Source of the DNA: Chloroflexota bacterium
GTDB lineage: Bacteria; Chloroflexota; Dehalococcoidia; Lucifugimonadales; UBA2985
Assembly: GCA_027622595.1 (NCBI GenBank)
Contig: JAQBZZ010000004.1
Location: 575 to 64,574 of the forward strand
Direction of reading: 5' to 3'
Length of the DNA stretch: 64,000 nt
Shown here: positions 1 to 9,265 of the stretch, piece by piece
How positions within the stretch are numbered: position 1 is the first letter of the stretch
Layout: each line of letters begins with the position of its first letter
Made by a program: the position numbers and the translations under genes
The notes under the pieces: generated by a model
The model's database searches: none
What the model was told of the DNA's origin: nothing
Seen by the model: only the letters and a program-made list of their open reading frames with translations

Positions 1-285
1 CGCGTTGGCCTTTACATTGACCTTGGAACGGCTCAGGAGAACAAGGCCTTCTTCGACTCTGCGTATAGTCAGCGAGAGCATGTTGAGAAGGCATTTGGCG
101 AACCGCTGCAGTGGGAACGCCTTGACCATCGAAAGGCATCCCGGATAACTGTATATCGCGAAGGGCACATAGACGACGATGAGGAGGAGCGACAATCTAT
201 TGCAGACTGGATGGTTGATTCCGTGGTCAAGTTAAGAGATAACGTGGTCCCACTAATAAGTAGGGTGAGCGGGAGCGAGAAATAG
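1..285 (+). CDS. DUF4268-like protein, C-terminal part (5' end lies outside the window)
   Basis: Frame 1 is open from base 1 to TAG at 283-285. The translation ...NKAFFDSAYSQREHVEKAFGEPLQWERLDHRKASRITVY... matches my recollection of the conserved DUF4268 C-terminal core. It is missing from the ORF track because no start codon lies in the window. Confidence 0.45.
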   Translation, partial: RVGLYIDLGTAQENKAFFDSAYSQREHVEKAFGEPLQWERLDHRKASRITVYREGHIDDDEEERQSIADWMVDSVVKLRDNVVPLISRVSGSEK

Positions 286-519
286 ACTACGACGCGGAAC
301 TCCGGGACGCCGAGTCGCGAACCTATGGCACGGCCGATCTGCTCATACGCAGCGACTACCTTCGCCAGGTTCAACCCGCTGCCATCTCCCCAGAGGAGGC
401 GACCGTTCCAGCGCCAGATCTGGTCGACGCTTCCTGGCACTACTGCGTAGTGGACTTCAAGTTCACCACGCTGCACTCCTTGGCGGGCGGTGGGCTCAGC
501 GCCCTCTCCAGTGATATTG

Positions 520-660
520 CTACGCCTTGCCTATTCGATACATTCCAGCACTGCAGACAGGGCAAGTCCCTTTAGTCGCTGGCCTTCCATTCTTCATCGT
601 AACTTGCGCCGGGTTGCTGATCTCTCGCTTGGTCTTGCACTTTACACAATACGCTTCCAT
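520..660 (-). CDS. DUF5679-type zinc-ribbon mini-protein
   Basis: MEAYCVKCKTKREISNPAQVTMKNGRPATKGTCPVCSAGMYRIGKA has two CxxC pairs and the VTMKNGRPA...G.C..C......RIGK pattern typical of DUF5679. I trimmed the start to the internal ATG at 658-660. Confidence 0.7.
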   Translation of the reverse strand: MEAYCVKCKTKREISNPAQVTMKNGRPATKGTCPVCSAGMYRIGKA

Positions 661-1554
661 AGCAAGGGTTCCGGTAAGCTGGGAGGAAACCAGTGACCGG
701 AGGGCAGGAGTGCTCAAAGTGGACCAAGTGGAGCAGATACGCAGAGCTTACTTCATTGATGGCGGGCGGCAGACTCCGTGTACCTTGGGTATTTTCGGGC
801 TCCAATACATCTACCTATAGAGTTTTGGCAGGCCACCACCGATCCAGGTGGGAGTGGTCTTTCCGATTTCGGCCTTTCGGCAAATTCGTCTCGACTATAG
901 CCTGGTGATGGAGTACAATCAGCCAATCCACCTCATACTTATCAAGCGGGTACGATGGCCAGCGAACGAGTCCAACGCCGCATTGAGCGGTTACTGGAAG
1001 CTGACGAGTGTGAACTGCTATTGACCAAAAAGGTGCTCGAAGGCTTGCTATTTGGCCTGCTTTGGCCCGAAGATGCACTGCCAATGCTAGAAACTTGGAT
1101 TGCCGAACCCCAAACTTCTGCGAGACTTGGCGTTGGAGGATTGTCTGTGACTGGCTCGCCTCAAGTCCGAACAGTAGAGGAAGCGTATGAGCAAGCACAA
1201 GCAATTCACCAAGCGTGGCTTGTGGAGAGAAACGGCCCGAGTCGATTACTTTCGTAGCAGACCTCGATTTCCACAACCTTTCCCGCTCCCCACACATGCC
1301 CTGTCCAAAAGTGAGCAAATCAAGCACAACTTGACTCTCACATAACAACCACGAGTCTGGCCTCTTTCTGCGTAGTCAGGCTGTACACGGCACCAATTTT
1401 GCTCAAGTTTCCGCCTTGAATTCTTCGCCCATTCGCCTAAGAGTAATCCACCGTGGTTCACAGCTAAACGTTCTCCTACCCCCTAATAACCGCCTTGTAT
1501 CCGAGAAATAACACGGGTACACTGTGCTTAGCCATCCAGACCACGGGAGGAAAC

Positions 1555-2364
1555 ATGAGCACCTTTCATGAGAAACTGACCTCAGCTTCCAAGAAAAACA
1601 ACTCCCTCCTGTGCGTCGGCCTCGACCCCGACCCGGCCCTCATGCCCGTGAAAGATGTGTTGGAATTCAATCGGGCCATCATAGACGCCACCGCAGACCT
1701 TGTGTGCTGCTACAAACCCAACCTGGCCTTCTACGAGGCCCTTGGCATCCCTGGGCTTGAGGCCCTTCAACGGACACTCGAACACATCCCCAGCGACATC
1801 CCTGTGCTCGGCGATGCCAAGCGCGGGGACATAGGCTCCACCGCCAAGGCCTATGCCACAGCCATGTTCGAGCAATGGGGTTTCGATGCCGTGACCGCCA
1901 ATCCCTACCTGGGAAGAGACGCCGTAGAGCCTTTCCTGGAGTACCCAGACAAAGGCATCCTGGTACTGTGCCACACCTCCAACCCGGGTGCCGCCGATTT
2001 TCAAGAGCTTTCCCTGGGCCGGGGCAGCGAGCAGCGGCCCCTCTACGAGCAGGTGGCCCTCAAAGCCCGCGAATGGAACAGCCGCGGCAACGTCGGCCTT
2101 GTGATGGGCGCTACCCACCCTGAACAGATGCAAACAGTGCGCCATCTCTGCCCGGACATGGTCATACTGGCCCCCGGGATAGGAGCTCAAGGTGGAGACC
2201 TGGAAAACACCGTTAAATTCGGCGTGAATACCGGTGGCGAAGGCCTCATTATAAACTCGTCCAGAGGCATAATATTCGCCTCACGCAACAAGGACGACTT
2301 CGCCAGTGAGGCCAGACGAGCAGCCCAGGAGCTACGCCAGAACATCAACAGGGCCAGAGAATGA
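1555..2364 (+). CDS. pyrF: orotidine 5'-phosphate decarboxylase (type 2)
   Basis: Motifs LCVGLDPD and [12 protein letters not shown] are present. A GGAGG lies 5 nt upstream of the ATG at 1555. The ORF-track start at 1495 has no ribosome-binding site. Confidence 0.9.
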   Translation: MSTFHEKLTSASKKNNSLLCVGLDPDPALMPVKDVLEFNRAIIDATADLVCCYKPNLAFYEALGIPGLEALQRTLEHIPSDIPVLGDAKRGDIGSTAKAYATAMFEQWGFDAVTANPYLGRDAVEPFLEYPDKGILVLCHTSNPGAADFQELSLGRGSEQRPLYEQVALKAREWNSRGNVGLVMGATHPEQMQTVRHLCPDMVILAPGIGAQGGDLENTVKFGVNTGGEGLIINSSRGIIFASRNKDDFASEARRAAQELRQNINRARE

Positions 2365-2573
2365 ACGACCAAGCGATCATGGAGTGGAACGTCGGCGACA
2401 TTATCACGTTACGGAAGGTCCACCCATGTGGCGGCTACCAGTGGAAAGTCTACCGGGTTGGGGCCGACATCGGCATCCGTTGCACGGTATGCAGCCGCAG
2501 GCTGATGCTGGAGCGCCGTGCCCTTGAGAAACGAACCGCTAATGTCGCGCAAGGGAGTCAGACGCCCGGCTAA
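2361..2573 (+). CDS. DUF951 family protein
   Basis: [49 protein letters not shown] matches the DUF951 pattern (HPCG...W.v.R.G.DI...C..C). An ATGA overlap with the pyrF stop suggests translational coupling. Confidence 0.75.
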   Translation: MNDQAIMEWNVGDIITLRKVHPCGGYQWKVYRVGADIGIRCTVCSRRLMLERRALEKRTANVAQGSQTPG

Positions 2574-2660
2574 ACAGCGCGCTTGTCTACTTGGTAAAGT
2601 GAACTTATAATTGGCCGCAAACCCAAGGCGACCAGTACCGCCAATATCGAAAGGTTTCAA

Positions 2661-3335
2661 TTGCCAAAGTCCTCTACTATAGCCATAGACGGCCCTGTCG
2701 CCGCAGGAAAATCCGCGGTCGGTGCTCTTTTGGCCCTTCGCCTGGGCTATCGCTTCATTGACACAGGGGTGATGTACCGTGCCCTGACCTGGGCAGTACT
2801 CAGAGACAAAGTAGACCCTGATGATGAGGCAGCGGTGACTGCACTGGCCGGTAAGACCCATATTGAAGTGACCAGTAGTGATGGGCTTGAAAGCTCGCAA
2901 ATCAGGGTGGACGGACAGGATGTCACCGGACAGCTCAGGACCAGGGAGGTGGAGCAAGGAGTCTCGAGGATTTCCTGTTTCACCGAAGTGCGCCGGGCCA
3001 TGGTGACCCGCCAGAGGACTCTTGCCAAGCAGGGCATGTTGATAATGGCGGGCAGAGACATCGGCACCGTCGTCCTTCCCAATGCAGACCTCAAGATATT
3101 TCTCACCGCCTCTTCTGAGGAGCGCGCCCGCCGACGCCATCTCGACATGAAGGGGTCGGGACCATCCCCAACATTCGAACAGGTCCTGGAAGAACTCCTT
3201 CACCGCGACAAACTGGACACCGAACGGGCCAACTCGCCCCTGCGACCGGCGGACGGCGCCCACATCCTCAACACGGAGAGTATCGACCTCACCCAAGTGG
3301 TGGAGCGCATCATAGCTCTGGCAGAAGACGACTGA
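2661..3335 (+). CDS. cmk: cytidylate kinase
   Basis: It has an IAIDGPVAAGKS P-loop, the YRFIDTGVMYR motif and typical length. Confidence 0.9.
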   Translation: MPKSSTIAIDGPVAAGKSAVGALLALRLGYRFIDTGVMYRALTWAVLRDKVDPDDEAAVTALAGKTHIEVTSSDGLESSQIRVDGQDVTGQLRTREVEQGVSRISCFTEVRRAMVTRQRTLAKQGMLIMAGRDIGTVVLPNADLKIFLTASSEERARRRHLDMKGSGPSPTFEQVLEELLHRDKLDTERANSPLRPADGAHILNTESIDLTQVVERIIALAEDD

Positions 3336-4024
3336 TGGGCATAATATACGGCACCGCCAATGTGCTCCTGAAGGGCGCGTTGGGCATCTTTGGAGACTGG
3401 AAGGTCGAAGGTAGGGAGTACGTGCCGCCAAAGGGCCCACTGATTATCGTGTCCAACCACCAAAGCAACATGGACCCGCCCATACTGGCCATCAGTGTTC
3501 CCAGACGCATCAACTTCATGGCGAAACGCGGCCTGTTCCACAACCCCGTGGCCTCTCGCTTCTTCAAGGCTTACGGCGCGTTCCCACTCAACCAGAGCGG
3601 GAACGACCTGGCGGCAATCCAGCGGAGTATAAGAATACTCAATCAAGACGGTGCATTGCTCATCTTCCCTGAAGGCACTCGTAACCCCGGCGCCATGCGC
3701 AAAGCCATCCCGGGGATCGCACTGATTGCTCTCAGATCGGGAGCCCCGATTCTGCCGGTGGGAATTACTGGAACAGAGGTAATCGGCCCCCCCTGGCAGG
3801 TGGCTGTACCCAAGGGGACGTTCAGGGTAAGGATAGGGCAAGCTTTCACCGTGCCTCCTATGGAGGGCACTGTAATTCGAGGGCAACTGGAAGCCATCAC
3901 CACCATGATTATGGAGCGGGTTGCATCCCTGCTGCCGGAGAGCTATCGCGGAGAATACGCTCGGGGAAAGAATGGAGTCGTTTCAGAAGCGGCTCGGGGA
4001 GAAAGCGGAAACGGGGGCACGTAG
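3335..4024 (+). CDS. plsC: 1-acyl-sn-glycerol-3-phosphate acyltransferase
   Basis: NHQSNMDP (the HX4D motif) and FPEGTR acyltransferase motifs are present. The start overlaps the cmk stop by 1 nt. Confidence 0.85.
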   Translation: MGIIYGTANVLLKGALGIFGDWKVEGREYVPPKGPLIIVSNHQSNMDPPILAISVPRRINFMAKRGLFHNPVASRFFKAYGAFPLNQSGNDLAAIQRSIRILNQDGALLIFPEGTRNPGAMRKAIPGIALIALRSGAPILPVGITGTEVIGPPWQVAVPKGTFRVRIGQAFTVPPMEGTVIRGQLEAITTMIMERVASLLPESYRGEYARGKNGVVSEAARGESGNGGT

Positions 4025-4026
4025 CC

Positions 4027-5871
4027 TTGTGCGGAATCATAGGGTACACAGGTAGCAGAGAAGCCGCCCCAATCCTGCTGGACGGGCTGGCCCGTTTGGA
4101 GTACCGTGGATACGATAGCTCCGGTATCGCCGTGGTCGCTGCCGACAACTCCATAGCCATTAGAAAAGCCCCCGGCAAGCTGAACAGCCTGGTCACCTGC
4201 CTCAATGGCGCCGTTCCGGTTGGGAAGGTGGGAATAGGCCATACACGATGGGCCACTCATGGCGCGCCAAATGAGGCCAACTCCCATCCCCACATGGACT
4301 GTAATGGAGAAGTGGTAGTGGTCCACAACGGTATAGTCGAAAACTACCTGGAGTTGAAACAGGAACTCTTAGGCTATGGCCACACCTTCAGCTCCGTGAC
4401 CGACAGCGAGGTGATTCCACACCTGATCGAGAGCCTGCTATCCCAGGGTTTGAGCATAGAAGAAGCAACGCGCCAGACGGCCACGAGGCTGGCGGGCGCC
4501 CATGCAGTAGTTGTCATATTCAACGGCGAACCTGAGAAGCTCATTGCCTTCAGGAACGGCAACGCCGGAGGCATCGTGGTGGGCTATGGTGATGGCGAGA
4601 TGCTACTGGCCAGCGACCTGCCGGCCATAATTCCAATTACTCAACGAATCGCCTATCTCTCTGCTGGAGAGATGGTATCGTTGACACCCAACGCAGCGTC
4701 CTATTTCTCTATTCAAGGCTCTGCCATAGAGAAAAAACCACAGGTTGTACCCTACGACCCTGTTTCCGTGGCCAAGGGTGGATACAAGCACTTCATGCTG
4801 AAGGAGATATCGGAACAGCCGGAGGCCACCATCTCCACCATGCGGGATAGAATATCGTTCGATCCCTGGGACATCTCATTGGAGGACGTGCACCTCACCG
4901 ACTCGGACATCCGCGGCATAAACCGGGTGATATTCACAGCCATGGGCACAAGCCTGCACGCAGCCCTTGTGGCGCGCCACATGATGGAGCAGCTGAGCGG
5001 CATCCCGTCCGAGGCTGAGAACGCCTCGGAGTTCAGGTACAGGGACCCCATCCTGGACTCCAAGACTCTGGTGGTATCCGTAGGCCAGTCAGGGGAGACC
5101 GTCGATACCCTATCGGCCATGGAGGAGGCAGCCAGGAAGGGAGCCCGGCTGATAACCATATGCAACGTAGAGGGGAGCCAAGCCACCAGGCTGGCAGAGG
5201 GGTACATCAACCTCAGAGCAGGGCCTGAAATAGGAGTGGCTTCCACCAAGACCTTCATTTGCTCCCTTGAGGCCTTGTACATGCTTGCCGCTTATATGGG
5301 GCTTCACCGTGGATTTCTCTCCAGGGCCGACCTGGGAGACGCACTGAGAGAGTTGACGCGCCTGCCTGACCTCCTTGGCCGAATCATCGCCGATCACAAC
5401 CCATACATCCATCTGGCCGAGCTGTATCACAGGAGGTCCGATTTCCTGTATCTGGGACGAGGGGTGAACTACCCTGTTGCCCTGGAGGGGGCGCTCAAAC
5501 TCAAGGAGATCTCCTACATACACGCTGAGGGGTATCCCGCAGGAGAGATGAAACACGGCCCCATAGCCCTCATAGACGAGAACATACCCGTGGTCGCCAT
5601 CGTGCCAAGAGATGGGCTGCGCGACAAGATGCTCAACAACATATCCGAGGTGAAGACCAGGGGCGGAATAGTCATAGCGGTGGCCACTGAAGGAGACGAG
5701 GAGGTCGCCAGCATGGTCGACCACGTCCTGTACATCCCCCAGATATCTCCCCTTCTGACCCCCATACTGGCGTCGGTACCCATGCAACTGCTGTCGTATT
5801 ACATAGCCGTGCGGCGAGGGTGCGACGTCGACCAGCCAAGGAACCTGGCGAAAACCGTCACAGTAGAGTGA
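4027..5871 (+). CDS. glmS: glutamine--fructose-6-phosphate aminotransferase
   Basis: The N-terminus is (M)CGIIGY with the Cys nucleophile. Two SIS domains are present, and the C-terminus ends ...AKTVTVE. The start codon is TTG. Confidence 0.95.
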   Translation: MCGIIGYTGSREAAPILLDGLARLEYRGYDSSGIAVVAADNSIAIRKAPGKLNSLVTCLNGAVPVGKVGIGHTRWATHGAPNEANSHPHMDCNGEVVVVHNGIVENYLELKQELLGYGHTFSSVTDSEVIPHLIESLLSQGLSIEEATRQTATRLAGAHAVVVIFNGEPEKLIAFRNGNAGGIVVGYGDGEMLLASDLPAIIPITQRIAYLSAGEMVSLTPNAASYFSIQGSAIEKKPQVVPYDPVSVAKGGYKHFMLKEISEQPEATISTMRDRISFDPWDISLEDVHLTDSDIRGINRVIFTAMGTSLHAALVARHMMEQLSGIPSEAENASEFRYRDPILDSKTLVVSVGQSGETVDTLSAMEEAARKGARLITICNVEGSQATRLAEGYINLRAGPEIGVASTKTFICSLEALYMLAAYMGLHRGFLSRADLGDALRELTRLPDLLGRIIADHNPYIHLAELYHRRSDFLYLGRGVNYPVALEGALKLKEISYIHAEGYPAGEMKHGPIALIDENIPVVAIVPRDGLRDKMLNNISEVKTRGGIVIAVATEGDEEVASMVDHVLYIPQISPLLTPILASVPMQLLSYYIAVRRGCDVDQPRNLAKTVTVE

Positions 5872-5916
5872 TTCGGAAGAGTACCAGACCGTGTTGAATC
5901 AGAAAACCGTACAAAT

Positions 5917-6012
5917 GTCATTCCGAGAGTCAGCGAAGAACCTGGTGGTGGGGCCATCTCCCCGCCAGATGCTTCACGAAATTTATCCTGAGCGAAGCCG
6001 AAGGGTTTAGCA
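5917..6012. repeat. intergenic REP/MITE-like element (GTCATTCCGAG... / ...CCTGAGCGAAGCCGAAGGG modules)
   Basis: It begins with GTCATTCCGAGAG and ends in the ATCCTGAGCGAAGCCGAAGGG module. Both modules recur elsewhere in the window (26830, 30060, 32270, 37435; 40688, 50528). Confidence 0.7.
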
Positions 6013-6049
6013 TGCCAATGCGAACCCCACGTTATGCAGCGAATCTCTA

Positions 6050-7168
6050 ATGCAGGACGCTAGTCTTTACCAAAGTCCATTATCAAATAATTCGATGATG
6101 GATGATGTGCGACACAGGCTGGAGCTAAAGGAAGAAGGGTTGTCCCCCCACGCCACCAAGTCCAGCGAGTCCAGGGGCCGGCTTACGCCGGAGGAGCCTC
6201 CGCTTCTCAGAACCGAGTTCCAGCGAGACCGGGACCGTATCATCCACAGCAACGCCTTCCGTCGTCTCAAGCACAAGACCCAGGTGTTCATCGCCCCCAC
6301 CGGAGACCACTACGTAACCCGTCTGACCCACACCCTGGATGTGGCGCAGGTAGGCCGCACTATAGCCAGGGCATTGAACCTCAACGAAGACCTGGTGGAG
6401 GCCATAGCCCTTGGTCACGATCTGGGGCATACCCCTTTTGGCCACGTGGGAGAGGAGGAGCTGGACATCTTGCACTCCGAGGGATTCCAGCACGCAGCCC
6501 AGAGCGTCCGGGTGGTGGAGCACCTTGAGAAAAACGGGGATGGACTCAACCTCACAGGGGAAGTGCGAGAGGGCATCGGAGCGCACTCCAAGCCAAGAGA
6601 CAATATAATGGGCGCTTTGAAAGAAGACGTCGTCACCCTGGAGGCCCAGATATGCCGCATATCCGATGCGGTGGCCTATCTCAATCACGACATAGGTGAT
6701 GCCATCAGGGCCGGCGTCCTTTCCGAGGACGATCTTCCCACAGAGTCCAAACGAGTCCTGGGAACCAGCCACTCCCAGCGCATCGGCACCCTGGTCTGCG
6801 ACATCGTGGAGTTCTCGTGGAACGCCAGTGAGGCCGGGGCTGGCCGCGATGCAGACAGTGTGGTCATCGCCATGAGTCCAGCGGTGCAGTCGGCGGCCAA
6901 CGTACTGCGGGAGTTCATGTTCCAGAAGGTGTACCTGCCGGCAGGAGAGGGAGAGCTGGGCCTCCAAGCAAGGGCCGTGATCGGCCTGCTTTACAACAGG
7001 TTCCTCCAACATCCGGAGGAGATACCCACGGAGTACCGCGTAAGAGAGGAGCCTGCATCGCGCATGGCCGTTGATTACGTCTCCGGCATGACTGACTACT
7101 TCCCGCTCCACATGGCGGAGGAGATTCAGCCCGGCATCACTGCGGGAGCGTCCAGGTGGGGACATTGA
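6050..7168 (+). CDS. dgt: dGTP triphosphohydrolase-like HD-domain protein
   Basis: FQRDRDRIIHSNAFRRLKHKTQVF and GHDLGHTPFGH (HD motif) are present. The true start could instead be the ATG at 6095. Confidence 0.85.
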   Translation: MQDASLYQSPLSNNSMMDDVRHRLELKEEGLSPHATKSSESRGRLTPEEPPLLRTEFQRDRDRIIHSNAFRRLKHKTQVFIAPTGDHYVTRLTHTLDVAQVGRTIARALNLNEDLVEAIALGHDLGHTPFGHVGEEELDILHSEGFQHAAQSVRVVEHLEKNGDGLNLTGEVREGIGAHSKPRDNIMGALKEDVVTLEAQICRISDAVAYLNHDIGDAIRAGVLSEDDLPTESKRVLGTSHSQRIGTLVCDIVEFSWNASEAGAGRDADSVVIAMSPAVQSAANVLREFMFQKVYLPAGEGELGLQARAVIGLLYNRFLQHPEEIPTEYRVREEPASRMAVDYVSGMTDYFPLHMAEEIQPGITAGASRWGH

Positions 7169-7185
7169 AAACGCCCTGCTCGCCC

Positions 7186-7241
7186 TTCGACAAGCTCACC
7201 ATGAGCGGGGATTCTCAACCGCTCATGGTGAGCTTGTCGAA
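7186..7241. repeat. perfect 23-bp-stem hairpin (TTCGACAAGCTCA... family), probably also the dgt terminator
   Basis: TTCGACAAGCTCACCATGAGCGG, a 10-nt loop, then CCGCTCATGGTGAGCTTGTCGAA. It begins 18 nt after the dgt stop. Related copies lie at 63748-63803 and 26737-26763. Confidence 0.8.
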
Positions 7242-7432
7242 CCCCATGAGCATACCTGCGGCCCATACTCATGGTGCAACGCTCCCATAAGGCTGACATA
7301 AGGCCTAAGAATCCAAACAGGGCAAAACCCACCCAATCCCCGCCGCCTATCCCTTGTGAGTTATAAAAGGGAATCTGCTAGAATAAGCAGGAGCACATCC
7401 AAGCCCTTCCCCCGTTCACATGAGGTCTTGCA

Positions 7433-9256
7433 ATGACCGCAATCCAGGACGTCAAAAGCCGCGCAGACATAGTGGAAGTAATCTCAGATTACGCCGCCCT
7501 TCAGAAGGCGGGGCGTAACTTCAAGGCCAACTGCCCCTTCCACACGGAGAAGACCCCCTCATTCATCGTGTTCCCGGAGCGTCAGACATGGCGTTGCTTC
7601 GGAGCGTGCGCCACCGGCGGAGACGTCATCTCATTCGTGATGAAGGCGGATAACCAGGACTTCAGCGAAGCACTGAGCAACCTGGCCAAACGCACGGGAG
7701 TAACCCTGCCTACAAGACAGGACAGGGGAAGACAGGAGTCGCTGCACCGCGTTAACGAGGAAGCCGTCGACTACTTCCGGAAGGTGCTTGACTCCTCTGA
7801 GGGGGCCAGTGCCAGGGAATACGTTCAACAGAGGGGTGTAGACAAGGAGACGGCGGAGATGTTCCAACTGGGACTCAGCCCAGGTGGCCGTGAGGCACTT
7901 ACCAGGCACCTCTTGGGCAGAGGGTTCTCGGAGGAAGACGTGCTTTCCGCCGGATTGGCCACAAGGGGAGAAAGAGGAGACGTACGAGACCTCTTCCACC
8001 GACGGCTCATGTTCCCCATCCGGGATGCCTCCGGACGGCTGGCAGGCTTTGGAGGCAGGACACTCGACGACTCGACACCCAAGTACCTCAACACCCCCCG
8101 CACCTCCGTATTCGATAAGAGCAGCATCCTCTACGGACTGTACCTGGCAAAGGAGTCGATCAGCAGCACCGGTGCCGCGGTCATAGTGGAGGGCTACATG
8201 GACGTCATTGCCGCTCACCAGCACGGGTTTCAGAACGTGGTTGCCTCCATGGGCACTGCGTTGACCGAACAGCAGGTCTCCGCCCTCAGGTCGCAGGCAT
8301 CAACCTTTGTGCTGGCCCTTGACCCCGACAACGCGGGCAGGGAGGCCACGCTCCGCAGCCTTGAATCGTCGTGGCAGGCACTGCAGATCAACTTTCTGCG
8401 GGCCGGAGGAAAAAGCGGTGTGGTGTTCAGCCAACGCCATCTTGGCGGGTCTCTCCAAATAGCAGCCCTTCCCGCGGGCAAGGACCCGGATACGCTAATC
8501 AGAGAGGATGCAAAGGAGTGGGAGAGACTGGTCTCGGAGGCAAAGATACTGCTCGACTATCTATTTGAGGTGCTCCCTCCCCGTTTTGACCTCACGGCTG
8601 ACGAGGGGAAACGCCAGTTGGTGGACTCTCTTGGCCCTTTCATACGGAGTGAGAGAAACCCGTTCACCCACAGCCGATACATTCGCCGTCTGGCGGATGT
8701 CGTGTCATTCAACGAGATAGACCTGGAGACATACATATGGCGCACTCAGAAACGCACCACACCCAACAGGCGTAGGACAAATCCTGCCGCTGCCTCCAGC
8801 GCCTCACAGCCAGGCATCGCCCGTCGTGACCCGCTGGAAGAGTACTGCCTCTCCCTTCTCCTGCAGCATCCCGATCTGAGGGAAAAGGGACTTGAGATAC
8901 CTCTAGACCACTTTGAACTGTCTGAAAACAGAGATGTCTTCACAAAATGGGTTTCCTACTCTATAATTACAGATATAAGTAGCAATCTGCCTATAGACTT
9001 AGCCGAGCACCTTCAATCTCTCCTGGACATGGAGAACCCGCCCCTGGACATAAAGGAACGTGAAAAGGCCCTACAGGAAGTAGCGAACCGGCTGAAGGAG
9101 CGATACTTCAAAATCCAGGAACAAGCCCTCATGGAACAACTGGAGGATACCGACTGGAGGGACATCTCCAATCTGGAGCCTTCCCTCAATCAAGCCATAG
9201 AGATCAACCAACAGCTGAAGGAACTATTCTCCGGTTCAAATTCTACCCCTGCGTGA
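7433..9256 (+). CDS. dnaG: DNA primase
   Basis: It has the CPFHTEKTPSF zinc-finger motif and a TOPRIM domain (EGYMDV). Confidence 0.95.
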   Translation: MTAIQDVKSRADIVEVISDYAALQKAGRNFKANCPFHTEKTPSFIVFPERQTWRCFGACATGGDVISFVMKADNQDFSEALSNLAKRTGVTLPTRQDRGRQESLHRVNEEAVDYFRKVLDSSEGASAREYVQQRGVDKETAEMFQLGLSPGGREALTRHLLGRGFSEEDVLSAGLATRGERGDVRDLFHRRLMFPIRDASGRLAGFGGRTLDDSTPKYLNTPRTSVFDKSSILYGLYLAKESISSTGAAVIVEGYMDVIAAHQHGFQNVVASMGTALTEQQVSALRSQASTFVLALDPDNAGREATLRSLESSWQALQINFLRAGGKSGVVFSQRHLGGSLQIAALPAGKDPDTLIREDAKEWERLVSEAKILLDYLFEVLPPRFDLTADEGKRQLVDSLGPFIRSERNPFTHSRYIRRLADVVSFNEIDLETYIWRTQKRTTPNRRRTNPAAASSASQPGIARRDPLEEYCLSLLLQHPDLREKGLEIPLDHFELSENRDVFTKWVSYSIITDISSNLPIDLAEHLQSLLDMENPPLDIKEREKALQEVANRLKERYFKIQEQALMEQLEDTDWRDISNLEPSLNQAIEINQQLKELFSGSNSTPA

Positions 9257-9265
9257 GATGGTGAA

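Noticed and set aside
69-476. A 135-aa minus-strand ORF at the window start.
   Set aside because: The plus-strand frame 1 (1-285) gives a DUF4268-like C-terminus with a clean stop. The minus ORF has no recognisable features and spans the gene end plus decayed DNA.
955-1348. Competing ORFs 955-1257(+) (100 aa) and 815-1348(-) (177 aa).
   Set aside because: They are mutually exclusive, and neither has motifs, a convincing ribosome-binding site or protein-like composition. I treated the region as part of a decayed patch and did not call either as a CDS.
2409-3440. Long antisense ORFs opposite well-supported genes. Examples are 2409-3440(-), 6125-7165(-), 35688-36398(-), 36633-37547(-), 48738-49637(-), 55157-56005(+) and 56834-57916(+).
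   Set aside because: They lie opposite genes with unambiguous family motifs (cmk/plsC, dgt, pnp, dapB, copA, polA). Their composition is Arg/Gly/Pro-rich and low in complexity, typical of shadow frames in GC-rich coding DNA. They carry no recognisable motifs.
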